Below, piece by piece: positions 1-10,302 of a stretch of DNA of 32,000 bases. The stretch covers positions 5,192,926 to 5,224,925 of the forward strand of contig NZ_CP063356.2 in NCBI RefSeq assembly GCF_001866075.4. Reading direction: 5' to 3'. The position numbers were made by a program, and so were the translations under genes. How positions within the stretch are numbered: the stretch's first letter is position 1; every line of letters begins with the position of its first letter. This DNA is from Anaerobacillus isosaccharinicus. GTDB taxonomy: Bacteria > Bacillota > Bacilli > Bacillales > Anaerobacillaceae. The notes below the pieces were generated by a model that was not told where the DNA came from, did no database searches, and was given only the letters and a program-made list of their open reading frames with translations.

Positions 1-296
1 TTATCAATAACTTGAACCTCGGCATTATCAATCGAAAAGAATTCCCGGAGAAGGATGTCTATATCGGTCCTTAACGTAGGTGTCGATTCATCACGACTTT
101 TCTTCATTTCTTGTTCGATATTATAGGCAAGTAAATTAGCTCTTTCATCTAGCATTTCAAAAAAATTATCTACGAGCTGATCTTCCAACTGTTTAGTGAA
201 ATAAACACCAATTACTTGCATAGCTATTAATATTAATAACACATAAATAATGACTATTTTCACATGAATCGATTTGAAAAAACCGACTTTATCCAT
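1..296 (-). CDS. walK: Sensor histidine kinase WalK/YycG, N-terminal part (truncated by window edge)
   Basis: Minus-strand reading MDKVGFFKSIHVKIVIIYVLLILIAMQVIGVYFTKQLEDQLVDNFFEMLDERANLLAYNIEQEM...; immediately downstream of walR with RBS AGGAG; not in the supplied ORF track because it runs off the edge. Confidence 0.88.
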   Translation of the reverse strand, partial: MDKVGFFKSIHVKIVIIYVLLILIAMQVIGVYFTKQLEDQLVDNFFEMLDERANLLAYNIEQEMKKSRDESTPTLRTDIDILLREFFSIDNAEVQVID

Positions 297-302
297 AGTT
301 AT

Positions 303-1004
303 TTACTCCTCAAAGTTCTTTAAATAATAGCCTACTCCTCTTCTAGTTATGATCCAATTAGGATGACTAGGATTATCCTCTACTTTTTCTCTCACCCTTC
401 GAACTGTAACATCAACCGTTCGGACATCACCAAAATAATCATAGCCCCAAACAGCTTGAAGAAGATGTTCTCTCGTCATTACCTGTCCAATATGCTTCGC
501 TAAGTAATAAATTAACTCAAACTCTCGATGTGTTAGCTCGATTGCCTCGCCACGTTTCGTTACTAAATAGGCATCAGGTTGAATAACAAGTGCGCCAATG
601 TGAAGCTCCTTCTTATCTGGAATGACTTCCTCAGCCTTTTGCTGATGGCGCCTTAAGTTAGCCTTAACTCTGGCTAATAGCTCCCTCGTGCTAAACGGCT
701 TTGTGACATAATCATCTGCCCCTAGTTCTAAACCTAGAACTTTATCAATCTCAGAATCCTTTGCAGTTAACATAATGATTGGCATATCATATTTCTTTCT
801 AACTTCACGACATACTTCCATACCATCTCTTAAAGGAAGCATAATATCTAACAATATTAAGTCAGGAACTAACTCAACTACTTTTTTAATTGCTTCTTCA
901 CCATCATGAGCACACTCTACAGTAAAGCCTTCTTTTTCTAAACTAAATTTCAAAATATCTGCAATCGGTTGTTCATCATCAACAACTAAAATTTTCTTAT
1001 CCAT
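303..1004 (-). CDS. walR: Two-component response regulator WalR/YycF (receiver plus winged helix); likely start [11 protein letters not shown], not the longer ORF start at 1034
   Basis: ORF 303..1034; [39 protein letters not shown] and C-terminal [34 protein letters not shown]. Confidence 0.96.
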   Translation of the reverse strand: MDKKILVVDDEQPIADILKFSLEKEGFTVECAHDGEEAIKKVVELVPDLILLDIMLPLRDGMEVCREVRKKYDMPIIMLTAKDSEIDKVLGLELGADDYVTKPFSTRELLARVKANLRRHQQKAEEVIPDKKELHIGALVIQPDAYLVTKRGEAIELTHREFELIYYLAKHIGQVMTREHLLQAVWGYDYFGDVRTVDVTVRRVREKVEDNPSHPNWIITRRGVGYYLKNFEE

Positions 1005-1231
1005 CTTTTTACCAACTCCTGACTTAAAGTTCAATAACTTTATACTTACTCATGTCTTAGTTTATTTTATCATACTATCAATCTATTTTTCCGTTTACAA
1101 ATTTAAACAATATATAGTGAAAAACTCTATTTCATTCCCTAGTACGGAAATTCAGATGACTTAGATCAAACGTCTGTTCAGATTCATTGTACCATGGTCT
1201 TAAAGGGATCGTTTGGAACGAATATTTATAC

Positions 1232-1300
1232 AAAAAGGCCTAACTTGCCAGGCAAAAGATTGATATATTCACCAATACCTTTGCCAAGCTAGTCAGACCT
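1232..1300 (-). terminator. Terminator of the M23 peptidase gene: long imperfect hairpin (arms ~23 nt) followed by TTTTT
   Basis: Minus strand AGGTCTGACTAGCTTGGCAAAGG ... CTTTTGCCTGGCAAGTTAGGCCTTTTTG, directly after the stop at 1311. Confidence 0.7.
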
Positions 1301-1310
1301 TACACGCTTT

Positions 1311-2825
1311 TTACCTATTTAAATAATCCATTGGATTTTTTAAATTTCCACCTTGTAACACTTCGAAGTGTAAATGGATTCCCGTAGAATTACCTGTCGA
1401 CCCCATTACACCAATTTTTTGTCCTTGAGCAACGGTCTGACCAACTTTTACATCCATTGATGCTAAATGGGCATATAACGTACTCATACCATTATTATGA
1501 TTAATAATAATTTTGTTGCCATAACCACCATCCCAGCCTGCAAATGAAACCGTTCCATTATCCGCAGCTAAGATATTTAGGTTTCTTGGTCTAGCAATAT
1601 CAATACCTCTATGAAACCTTCCCCAACGCATTCCTTGGTAACTTGAAATATAGCCACCAACCGCAGGCCAAGCAAGTTTCCCAGTTCCTCTGGAAGGAGT
1701 AACCTTTGTTCCTTTTAGAACAATACGGTTTTGCGGTTCCTTAGTTATTTTTTCGCTAACAATTTGCCTTTGAATTGTTCGCCCGTTTTCCCGGGTAATA
1801 TTATAACTAACAACTCTTTCTCCAGCATGCCCAGCTTGCTGAACTTTCGTGTCACCACGCCACATATTTGAATCATCTTTTGTCTCTGTTTGAAACGGAA
1901 TTTCTTCTTTTATAGTCGATGCTTCCTCTACAATAACCTTGACGATTGGTTCATAAACAGTAACATTTAACTCATCACCAATTTGTAGAAGTGTATTTTC
2001 TGTAATTGATGGATTTAGTGCTAAAACATCAGAAACTGAAAGACTATGTGCTTGAGCAATAGTCCCAAGTACATCTCCAGGCTCAACAACGTAAATATCA
2101 TCTTCTAATGTCCCTAGATTAAGTTGTTTAATTGCATTTTCAATTGACAAAATCGATTTTAGATCAACAGGTACTCTATCGATCTCAATATCTTTTGATA
2201 GTTTAACATCAATGATTACTTTTTCACCAACTGATGGCGGATTAATAGTTATATCATTCTCTTTAGCTTTCATTACAGTAGCCAATTGCTCTTCTGAGAC
2301 ATATTGCAGCTTGAGCTGTTTAATAACAGCCTGATAATCGTCTTCAGAACTTACATAACCCACTACTTTTCCATCAACCTTTAATGCAATAGCTTCCCCT
2401 TTAATTGAAATTTTATTTTCAAGTTCACTAACCGTTGCACTGCTATTAGCTCTTGAAGTAAAAACAACTTCTGGGATAAGCTTAATAGTTTCTCCAACAA
2501 CTAAATTCAAATTAGAGTAATCTTCCCTATACTCACTCATTTTCGAATTAATTACCCGTTCAACTAAGTTTTTATCATCTACCGAACCAACTCTAAGACC
2601 GTCCATATAAACATGATAAATCGTTTCTAAGTTTAATTTAGAAGTTTCTTCAGCTTTTACACTATCACTATGTACACTCGTTGTTAATAATGCAGCTATA
2701 CATATGCTCGTTCCAAGCACTTTTTTATATTTATTCGATAATTGTTTCATTGAGTTTAAACTACTTTTAGTTATCCCTTTAAGTTTTTCTTGTAGTTGAT
2801 CTAACCGGCCTTTATAATCTCCCAT
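1311..2825 (-). CDS. M23 family peptidoglycan endopeptidase with LysM and G5 domains
   Basis: LysM-like YVVEPGDVLGTIAQAHSLSVSDVLALNP; G5-like GERVVSYNITRENGRTIQRQIVSEKITKEPQNRIVLKGTK; M23 motifs HRGIDIARP, YGNKIIINHNNGMSTLYAHL, GIHLHFEV; RBS GGAGG. Confidence 0.92.
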   Translation of the reverse strand: MGDYKGRLDQLQEKLKGITKSSLNSMKQLSNKYKKVLGTSICIAALLTTSVHSDSVKAEETSKLNLETIYHVYMDGLRVGSVDDKNLVERVINSKMSEYREDYSNLNLVVGETIKLIPEVVFTSRANSSATVSELENKISIKGEAIALKVDGKVVGYVSSEDDYQAVIKQLKLQYVSEEQLATVMKAKENDITINPPSVGEKVIIDVKLSKDIEIDRVPVDLKSILSIENAIKQLNLGTLEDDIYVVEPGDVLGTIAQAHSLSVSDVLALNPSITENTLLQIGDELNVTVYEPIVKVIVEEASTIKEEIPFQTETKDDSNMWRGDTKVQQAGHAGERVVSYNITRENGRTIQRQIVSEKITKEPQNRIVLKGTKVTPSRGTGKLAWPAVGGYISSYQGMRWGRFHRGIDIARPRNLNILAADNGTVSFAGWDGGYGNKIIINHNNGMSTLYAHLASMDVKVGQTVAQGQKIGVMGSTGNSTGIHLHFEVLQGGNLKNPMDYLNR

Positions 2826-3078
2826 GGTTCTCCTCCTACACTACTTTACTTACTATTTCTCTATAGTGTTAAAACTACTACTATATTATTTTACAAAATA
2901 TAACCTCTTGTATTTTATCATAAACTATAATTGTATGTCTGAAAAAATAAAAAAACGTAATATAACTGTATCATTTTTGGGAATTTTGTTCCAAATTACT
3001 AACAAAATTCGATACAAAATTTCATTCTATCAGAAAATCAGACCCATTAATAAGCGCGACATAAGCATTCACCCAAAA

Positions 3079-3112
3079 AATAAAAGTCTATCAAGTAAAT
3101 GATAGACTTTAA
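3079..3112 (-). terminator. Rho-independent terminator of the tRNA cluster
   Basis: Minus strand AAAGTCTATCA-TTTACT-TGATAGACTTT-TATTTTTT. Confidence 0.85.
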
Positions 3113-3126
3113 TCTTAATATAAGAG

Positions 3127-3199
<73 letters not shown>

Positions 3200-3218
3200 A
3201 TGATATCAAACTAAATGG

Positions 3219-3291
<73 letters not shown>

Positions 3292-3318
3292 AATATAAAA
3301 TTATAACGAATAAAATGG

Positions 3319-3391
3319 CGGACCCGACCGGGATCGAACCGGCGATCTCCTGCGTGACAGGCAGGCATGTTAACCGCTACACCACGGGTCC
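3319..3391 (-). tRNA. tRNA-Asp(GTC), CCA encoded at 3316-3318
   Basis: Minus strand GGACCCGTGGTGTAGCGGTTAACATGCCTGCCTGTCACGCAGGAGATCGCCGGTTCGATCCCGGTCGGGTCCG. Confidence 0.95.
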
Positions 3392-3520
3392 GTGGCAAAT
3401 AGATGTTTTGTTGGTACATTTACACAATGAAAGTTATTTTTACGTTGTACGCAGATTTGCTCTTGCACCACTTCGTTTGCTCGTCGCAAACCTTGCAAAG
3501 GAGTGAATTCAAGAAGTTGG

Positions 3521-3598
<78 letters not shown>

Positions 3599-3722
3599 AT
3601 AATATAAAGTATTTAATTTAGTTCCTGCACTTAGCCTGCTGACTGTTTCTTCCTCTTCCAGCTTTGCTTTGTAGCATTATGCGTCGAAACAACTCGTAGC
3701 GTATTCATGAAGTAACGCTCGT

Positions 3723-3760
3723 TGCTCCACCCCGCAATAATATAAAGTATTTAGTTCTTA
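3723..3760 (-). pseudogene. Truncated 5' duplicate of the tRNA-fMet gene plus its upstream flank
   Basis: TGCTCCACCCCGC[A]ATAATATAAAGTATTTA at 3723-3753 matches 3585-3615 at 30 of 31 positions; only the first ~13 nt of the tRNA are kept. Confidence 0.75.
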
Positions 3761-3825
3761 GCTTTTTGCCGACATAAATTATTATATCCAAGATCATTTT
3801 ATTTTACAACATGGATATAAGTTGG

Positions 3826-3897
3826 TGACCCGTACGGGATTCGAACCCGTGTTACCGCCGTGAAAGGGCGGTGTCTTAACCGCTTGACCAACGGGCC
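3826..3897 (-). tRNA. tRNA-Glu(TTC), CCA encoded at 3823-3825
   Basis: Minus strand GGCCCGTTGGTCAAGCGGTTAAGACACCGCCCTTTCACGGCGGTAACACGGGTTCGAATCCCGTACGGGTCA. Confidence 0.95.
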
Positions 3898-3913
3898 ACT
3901 AAGATGAAAATGG

Positions 3914-3986
3914 TGAGCCATGAAGGATTCGAACCTTCGACCCTCTGATTAAAAGTCAGATGCTCTACCAACTGAGCTAATGGCTC
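3914..3986 (-). tRNA. tRNA-Lys(TTT), CCA encoded at 3911-3913
   Basis: Minus strand GAGCCATTAGCTCAGTTGGTAGAGCATCTGACTTTTAATCAGAGGGTCGAAGGTTCGAATCCTTCATGGCTCA. Confidence 0.95.
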
Positions 3987-4006
3987 ATCTTGTGACGACA
4001 AGATTA

Positions 4007-4035
4007 ATAGTAACATATTAAACTTATTAATGCAA
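4007..4035 (-). promoter_or_regulatory. Probable sigma-A promoter of the tRNA cluster
   Basis: Minus strand TTGCAT (4035-4030), 17-nt spacer, TACTAT (4012-4007), directly upstream of tRNA-Lys. Confidence 0.65.
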
Positions 4036-4182
4036 GCCTTTTTAATAAAAAACTTTTTTTGAATAATATTGCGATGTGTTTTTCAACACTTTTCCTATAT
4101 TACAGATACTTTTAAAGAAAAGCAAGTTTTTTTAAATGGAATTAATAGGTAAGGAGTGGCACTAAGCCACTCCTCTTTATTT

Positions 4183-5490
<1,308 letters not shown>

Positions 5491-5544
5491 TCAATGCATA
5501 TATATTTTTAACCTGATCTACTTTATTCATTCAAAACCATAGCT

Positions 5545-5573
5545 AGTGTAACAATTTACTTTGATGAAGTCAA
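5545..5573 (-). promoter_or_regulatory. Probable sigma-A promoter of purA
   Basis: Minus strand TTGACT (5573-5568), 17-nt spacer, TACACT (5550-5545). Confidence 0.65.
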
Positions 5574-5575
5574 TA

Positions 5576-5618
5576 AATTCCGAACAATTTTACACTAATA
5601 TATTTATTTGTTCGTATT
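5576..5618. promoter_or_regulatory. Putative PurR operator (PurBox pair) upstream of purA
   Basis: AATTCCGAACAAT matches the PurBox pattern AWWWCCGAACWWT; an inverted, less perfect partner TTTGTTCGTATTA follows. CGAA at 5581-5584 and TTCG at 5611-5614. Confidence 0.6.
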
Positions 5619-5629
5619 AATTTGTGAAC

Positions 5630-5667
5630 AAAAAAAAAATTGATGATTCAACCTAGCGAATCATCAA
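5630..5667 (-). terminator. Rho-independent terminator of the que operon
   Basis: Minus strand TTGATGATTC-N8-GAATCATCAA followed by a run of T. Confidence 0.9.
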
Positions 5668-5674
5668 CTCCCAT

Positions 5675-6166
5675 TTACCTATTATCAATTTTTTCAGGAT
5701 ACATATCATGATTAAATAAGCGCTGTTTAGCCATGTCTTCAAACATTGTATCCTTCTTGCCATAGTTTGCGTATGGATCAATTGAAATACCACCACGTGG
5801 AGTAAATTTCCCCCAAACCTCAATATACTTAGGATCCATTAACTCAATTAAATCTTTCATAATAATATTTATGCAATCTTCATGAAAATCTCCTTGGTTA
5901 CGGAAGCTAAAAAGATACAATTTTAGCGATTTACTTTCGACCATTTTTTCACTAGGAATGTACGAAATATAAATTGCCGCAAAATCAGGTTGCCCCGTTT
6001 TAGGACAAAGACTTGTAAACTCAGGACAATTAAATTTTACCCAGTAATCATTGTCATTATGCTTATTTTCAAATGTTTCTAGAATTGATTTATCGTACTC
6101 AAATTTATATGGCACGTTTTGGTTACCTAATAAAGATACTCCTTCTAATTCATGGTCTTTTCTCAT
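5675..6166 (-). CDS. queF: NADPH-dependent 7-cyano-7-deazaguanine (preQ0) reductase QueF
   Basis: [72 protein letters not shown]. Confidence 0.96.
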   Translation of the reverse strand: MRKDHELEGVSLLGNQNVPYKFEYDKSILETFENKHNDNDYWVKFNCPEFTSLCPKTGQPDFAAIYISYIPSEKMVESKSLKLYLFSFRNQGDFHEDCINIIMKDLIELMDPKYIEVWGKFTPRGGISIDPYANYGKKDTMFEDMAKQRLFNHDMYPEKIDNR

Positions 6167-6168
6167 GT

Positions 6169-6894
6169 TTACACTCCTTTTTTATTACCCCAGAGTAGGG
6201 CATGAAGCTGTGGTAATACTCTTGCATCATTAAACTCCGGATCATTTATTACCTTGCCAACTAACCAATCTAGCTTTTGTAATAATTTTTGGGCAAGCTC
6301 AACATCGTTTTCCATCGTCAGATCTTCATTTCCTACTGATAAATAAAATGGAACCGAAGAATACTTAGTATGAATTTTTTTCGCGTAGTTTAAGTCCTTA
6401 TCATCAAAAATAACGACCTTTAGGCTAACATGACCATTTGTTACTCTTTCTGTTAGCTGCTCGATCATTTCATTTAATTTACTGTAGTTTGTCTCCATGC
6501 CACTACTCGGTGGTTTTGGTGATATCGTTAGGTCATCTATATTTAACATCCAGTCTTGCCAAACCGTTCCTTGTGTTTCAAGACCGATCCTCAGATTTAA
6601 TTCTTTTAAAATATCAATGAGCTCACCAAGTTGCTTCAATAATGCTGGATTTCCACCTGAAATTGTGACATGCTGAAAATTCTCTAAACCAATTGCTTTT
6701 AGCTCAGTAACGATTTCATTAGCAGTCATCATTTTTATATCATCTTTCCCAGATCCATCCCACGTAAACGCAGAATCACACCAAGAACATTGATAATCAC
6801 AACCGGCAGTACGAATAAAAACGGTTTTTTTTCCAATTACCGCTCCTTCACCTTGAATGGTTGGACCGAAAATCTCTAATACAGGTATTTTCAT
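6169..6894 (-). CDS. queE: 7-carboxy-7-deazaguanine synthase QueE (radical SAM)
   Basis: [41 protein letters not shown]; in the que cluster. Confidence 0.95.
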   Translation of the reverse strand: MKIPVLEIFGPTIQGEGAVIGKKTVFIRTAGCDYQCSWCDSAFTWDGSGKDDIKMMTANEIVTELKAIGLENFQHVTISGGNPALLKQLGELIDILKELNLRIGLETQGTVWQDWMLNIDDLTISPKPPSSGMETNYSKLNEMIEQLTERVTNGHVSLKVVIFDDKDLNYAKKIHTKYSSVPFYLSVGNEDLTMENDVELAQKLLQKLDWLVGKVINDPEFNDARVLPQLHALLWGNKKGV

Positions 6895-7379
6895 TCCATC
6901 CACTCTCTTCTAGCTTCAGCATAGCTTGTAGGAGTTTCAAAGAGGCGTACAAATTCAACTCTCGGTTTTAATGTCTTAAATTGGCTCTCTTTTAAATAGT
7001 CTGCCATTTTCTCATAGATCCAAACAACCATATTTTCAGCTGTCGTATTCATTGGAGGTAATGTCTCATTTAAATAACGGTGGTCTAAATAAATTTCAAT
7101 ATGCTCTTTCCAAATCGCCTTGATGTCACCGAAGTCAATGGCAATTCCAATCTCATCTGTTAAAGAACTTATACCAAAAATGACTTTATACGTATGACCG
7201 TGTAAGTTTTTACATTTACCTTCATAGTGATGAAGATGATGTGCAGAATCAAACGTAAACTCCTTACTTACCAAAACACGCTTATTATGATATCTCAAAT
7301 CTTCTATATGAATATCTTCACCTAGTTTTTGAAGTTTATCAACTATACGAAAACCAAATAATCCATCGCTGCTACACAT
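6891..7379 (-). CDS. queD: 6-carboxytetrahydropterin synthase QueD
   Basis: [47 protein letters not shown]-like [10 protein letters not shown]; overlaps queC end. Confidence 0.94.
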   Translation of the reverse strand: MCSSDGLFGFRIVDKLQKLGEDIHIEDLRYHNKRVLVSKEFTFDSAHHLHHYEGKCKNLHGHTYKVIFGISSLTDEIGIAIDFGDIKAIWKEHIEIYLDHRYLNETLPPMNTTAENMVVWIYEKMADYLKESQFKTLKPRVEFVRLFETPTSYAEARREWME

Positions 7380-8040
7380 GAGTCGACACCCCCGTTCCTT
7401 GTTCTTCTAGGAACTTTCGCAAACCTTCACTACGAAGTTTACAAGCAGGGCACTCACCACAACCATCACCAACAATACCATTATAGCAAGTCAATGTTTT
7501 TTCTCTAATATAATCAAAAGCTCCAAGTTCAGCTGCTAGAGCCCACGTTTCTTTTTTATCAATCCACATAAGCGGTGTGTGAATAACAAAGTTGTAGTCC
7601 ATCGCTAAATTGAGCGTTACATTTAGTGATTTAACAAACATATCACGGCAATCTGGATAGCCTGAAAAGTCAGTCTCACACACACCTGTAATAATATGAT
7701 TTATCCCTTTTGCTTTCGCCATAATAGCCGCAAAAGACAAGAAAAGATGATTTCTACCGTCAACAAACGTCGTAGGTAACTCGCCATCTTCTCCTTCTTT
7801 TATTTCAATATCACTTCTTGTCAACGCATTAGAAGTAAGTTGATTTAAAAGACTCATATCAATAACTGTATTTTCTACACTCATTTCATGAGCAATTTTT
7901 TTTGCTACTTCAATTTCCTCTTTGTGCCTCTGGTTATAGTCAAAGGTCACTGTTTCCACTTGATCAAAATGTTTTAGTGCCCAAAATAGACAAGTCGTTG
8001 AATCTTGTCCGCCACTGAACACCACCAATGCTTTTTTCAT
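7372..8040 (-). CDS. queC: 7-cyano-7-deazaguanine synthase QueC
   Basis: [41 protein letters not shown]-like [20 protein letters not shown]; ATG at 8040 with AGGGAG RBS. Confidence 0.96.
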   Translation of the reverse strand: MKKALVVFSGGQDSTTCLFWALKHFDQVETVTFDYNQRHKEEIEVAKKIAHEMSVENTVIDMSLLNQLTSNALTRSDIEIKEGEDGELPTTFVDGRNHLFLSFAAIMAKAKGINHIITGVCETDFSGYPDCRDMFVKSLNVTLNLAMDYNFVIHTPLMWIDKKETWALAAELGAFDYIREKTLTCYNGIVGDGCGECPACKLRSEGLRKFLEEQGTGVSTHV

Positions 8041-8050
8041 ATTTAACACT

Positions 8051-8090
8051 CCCTAGTTTTTTTTAACGAGAGGAGATCGCGAACTCTCGA
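8051..8090 (-). promoter_or_regulatory. Candidate preQ1-I riboswitch overlapping the queC RBS
   Basis: RNA CGAGAG-UUCGCGAUCUC-CUCUCG-UUAAAAAAAACUAGGGAG: 6-bp stem, 11-nt loop starting UUC, A-rich tail ending AAAACUAGG, 10 nt before the queC ATG. Confidence 0.6.
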
Positions 8091-8101
8091 AATTATATGA
8101 G

Positions 8102-8196
8102 AATGTAAAATGTAGCGTGTAGAATGACGTTAGTAACGCTTCGAAGTTTTTCATAAACAATCTACATTTTAAATTTTACATTCTACATTTTACATT
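8102..8196. repeat. Heptad-arm palindromic element, copy 1 (dnaB|queC gap)
   Basis: AATGTAA AATGTAG ... GCTTCGAAG ... CTACATT TTAAATT TTACATT CTACATT TTACATT. Confidence 0.85.
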
Positions 8197-8245
8197 ATCT
8201 CTTAATAAAAATATACGTCATTACTTGGTAAATAACACAACAATC

Positions 8246-8279
8246 CCCCTTTAGAACTTTTTTCAAGTACTAAAAGGGG
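8246..8279 (-). other. Stable hairpin between dnaB and queC without a clear U-tract
   Basis: Minus strand CCCCTTTTAGTACTT-gaaaaa-AGTTCTAAAGGGG. Confidence 0.55.
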
Positions 8280-8368
8280 AATACTAGTGATTATAAACTA
8301 ACATTAACAAATTCTTTTTAAAAGCTTCGAAAGCACTTCTCTCACAAATCAATAATTCAGAAATGAAC

Positions 8369-9739
8369 TTATGCTCCTGCGCCAATAGGCATATTATTCT
8401 CATCAAAACGCCGTTCTAAGTTTACGAATTTATTATATTCCTTCACAAAAGCTAGCTCTACTGTTCCAACAGGGCCATTCCTTTGTTTAGCAATAATGAT
8501 TTCAATGATATCCTTATTTTCGCTTTCTTTATCATAGTAATCATCTCGATACAAGAAAGCAACAATATCTGCATCCTGCTCAATACTTCCGGATTCACGA
8601 ATATCAGACATCATTGGACGTTTATCCTGACGGGATTCTACACCACGGGAAAGCTGAGAAAGGGCAATAACAGGAACTTCTAACTCCCTTGCCAATGCTT
8701 TAAGTGATCTAGAAATCTCAGAAACTTCTTGCTGGCGATTTTCGCCACTACGGCCATCACCACGAATCAACTGCAAATAATCTATTAAAATCATGCCTAG
8801 ACCTTTTTCTTGACTCAACCTGCGGCACTTTGCCCGGATATCATTAACACGAATACCAGGCGTGTCATCAATATATATACCAGCCTTAGATAAGCTTCCC
8901 ATCGCCATAGTAAGTTTCGTCCAGTCCTCTTCTTGAAGAGAACCTGTACGAAGTCTCTGTGCATCAAGGTTTCCCTCAGCACAAATCATCCTCATAACAA
9001 GCTGAGAAGCGCCCATCTCTAAACTAAAAATAGCTACATTTTCATCGGTTTTAGTTGCTACATTTTGAGCAATATTTAAAGCAAAGGCTGTTTTACCTAC
9101 AGATGGACGAGCCGCAACAATGATTAAGTCATTTCGTTGAAATCCAGCTGTCATCCGATCCAACTCAGAAAACCCTGTTGGAATTCCAGTTATATCCCCT
9201 GTTCGATTTTGAAGTTTTTCGATATTATCGTATGCTTCAACAAGCACATCTTTTATAGAAATAAACGCACTTGTATTTTTTTTATGGGAAACTTCTAAGA
9301 TCGTTTTCTCTGCTTCATTTAAGATTGCGTCTACTTCATCTTCTTCAGCATACCCTTCAGCTGCTATGTTTGTAGCTACTCGAATTAGTCGTCTTAACAA
9401 GGATTTCTCTTCAACAATTCTACTATAATACTCAACATTTGCAGCGGTAGGAACTGAGCTAGCTAAGTCACTTAAATAAGAAACGCCACCAATTTCCTCA
9501 AGCCATTTCTTGTCCTGGAGCTCGGCTGTTACCGTTATCAGGTCAACCGGTTCTCCTTTTTCGGCTAATTGAATCATCACGCTGTAAATCCGCTGATGTG
9601 CAGCCCGATAGAAATCTTCCGATGCTAGTCTTTCTGATGCTGTAACAAGAGCCTCTGGTTCTAAAAAAATCGCACCTATAACCGCTTGTTCTGCCTCAAT
9701 ATTTTGTGGCGGAGTGCGATCAGCGAACAATTCACTCAT
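8369..9739 (-). CDS. dnaB: Replicative DNA helicase (DnaB; called DnaC in B. subtilis)
   Basis: RTPPQNIEAEQAVIGAIFL, LIIVAARPSVGKTAFALNIAQN, GMILIDYLQLI, EVPVIALSQLSRGVESR. Confidence 0.97.
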   Translation of the reverse strand: MSELFADRTPPQNIEAEQAVIGAIFLEPEALVTASERLASEDFYRAAHQRIYSVMIQLAEKGEPVDLITVTAELQDKKWLEEIGGVSYLSDLASSVPTAANVEYYSRIVEEKSLLRRLIRVATNIAAEGYAEEDEVDAILNEAEKTILEVSHKKNTSAFISIKDVLVEAYDNIEKLQNRTGDITGIPTGFSELDRMTAGFQRNDLIIVAARPSVGKTAFALNIAQNVATKTDENVAIFSLEMGASQLVMRMICAEGNLDAQRLRTGSLQEEDWTKLTMAMGSLSKAGIYIDDTPGIRVNDIRAKCRRLSQEKGLGMILIDYLQLIRGDGRSGENRQQEVSEISRSLKALARELEVPVIALSQLSRGVESRQDKRPMMSDIRESGSIEQDADIVAFLYRDDYYDKESENKDIIEIIIAKQRNGPVGTVELAFVKEYNKFVNLERRFDENNMPIGAGA

Positions 9740-9761
9740 GATGGTTTCACCTACCTTTTTT

Positions 9762-9861
9762 AATGTAAAATGTAGAATTTAGAATGAGAATGATTAAGGG
9801 TAAGACTTCGAAGCTTCCCCCAAAACAATTCTACATTTTACATTCTACATTCTAAATTTTA
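9762..9861. repeat. Heptad-arm palindromic element, copy 2 (rplI|dnaB gap)
   Basis: AATGTAA AATGTAG AATTTAG AATGAG ... ACTTCGAAGCTT ... CTACATT TTACATT CTACATT CTAAATT TTA; ends on the rplI stop codon. Confidence 0.88.
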
Positions 9862-10302
9862 TCCTTCTACAACATGTACTTTAATTGTTGCTGTAACTTC
9901 ATGGTGAAGTTTGATTGGAACGTTAGTATAGCCTAGTGCACGAATAGGCTCGTCTAGTTCAATTTTACGCTTGTCTACTTTCATTTTCATTTTAGCTAGG
10001 GTGTCGGCAATTTGCTTGCTTGTAACGGCACCAAATAGACGTCCACCTTCACCAGACTTCGCCTTAATTTCGACAGTCAGTTTTTCTAGCTTTTCTTTAT
10101 ATACTTGAGCCTCTTTCAATTTTTCTTCTGCGCGCTTTTCTTCGCCTTGCTTTTTCACTTCTAATGTTTTTAAATTGCCTGAGTTTGCTTCAGCAGCTAA
10201 TTTATTTGGTAACAGAAAGTTTCTTGCGTACCCTTCAGAAACATTTTTTACTTCTCCTTTTTTACCTTTACCTTTTACGTCTTCAAGAAAAATTACTTTC
10301 AT
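9859..10302 (-). CDS. rplI: 50S ribosomal protein L9
   Basis: [36 protein letters not shown]. Confidence 0.97.
   Translation of the reverse strand: MKVIFLEDVKGKGKKGEVKNVSEGYARNFLLPNKLAAEANSGNLKTLEVKKQGEEKRAEEKLKEAQVYKEKLEKLTVEIKAKSGEGGRLFGAVTSKQIADTLAKMKMKVDKRKIELDEPIRALGYTNVPIKLHHEVTATIKVHVVEG

Noticed and set aside
2880-2905. Possible WalR box upstream of the M23 gene (TGTAAA on the minus strand)
   Set aside because: Only one TGTWAH half-site; the expected second half 5 nt later is absent.
2824-3102. Plus-strand ORF of 92 aa (MVLLLHYFTYYFS...)
   Set aside because: Low-complexity AT-rich intergenic translation, no RBS or domain pattern, opposite to the tRNA transcript.
3315-3506. Plus-strand ORF MADPTGIEPAISCVTGRH...
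   Set aside because: It is the antisense translation of tRNA-Asp; a common spurious annotation.
4153-4173. Hairpin GGAGTGGC-actaa-GCCACTCC as a canonical purA terminator
   Set aside because: The stem is good but the U-tract on the minus strand is missing, so it cannot be called a standard terminator.
8319-8334. Possible sixth copy core, AAAAGCTTCGAAAGCAC, near the dnaB stop
   Set aside because: Only the core-like octamer is present; no heptad arms on either side.
8102-9861. Reading the repeated elements as a CRISPR array
   Set aside because: The units are kilobases apart, palindromic and intergenic, with no regular spacers or cas genes.
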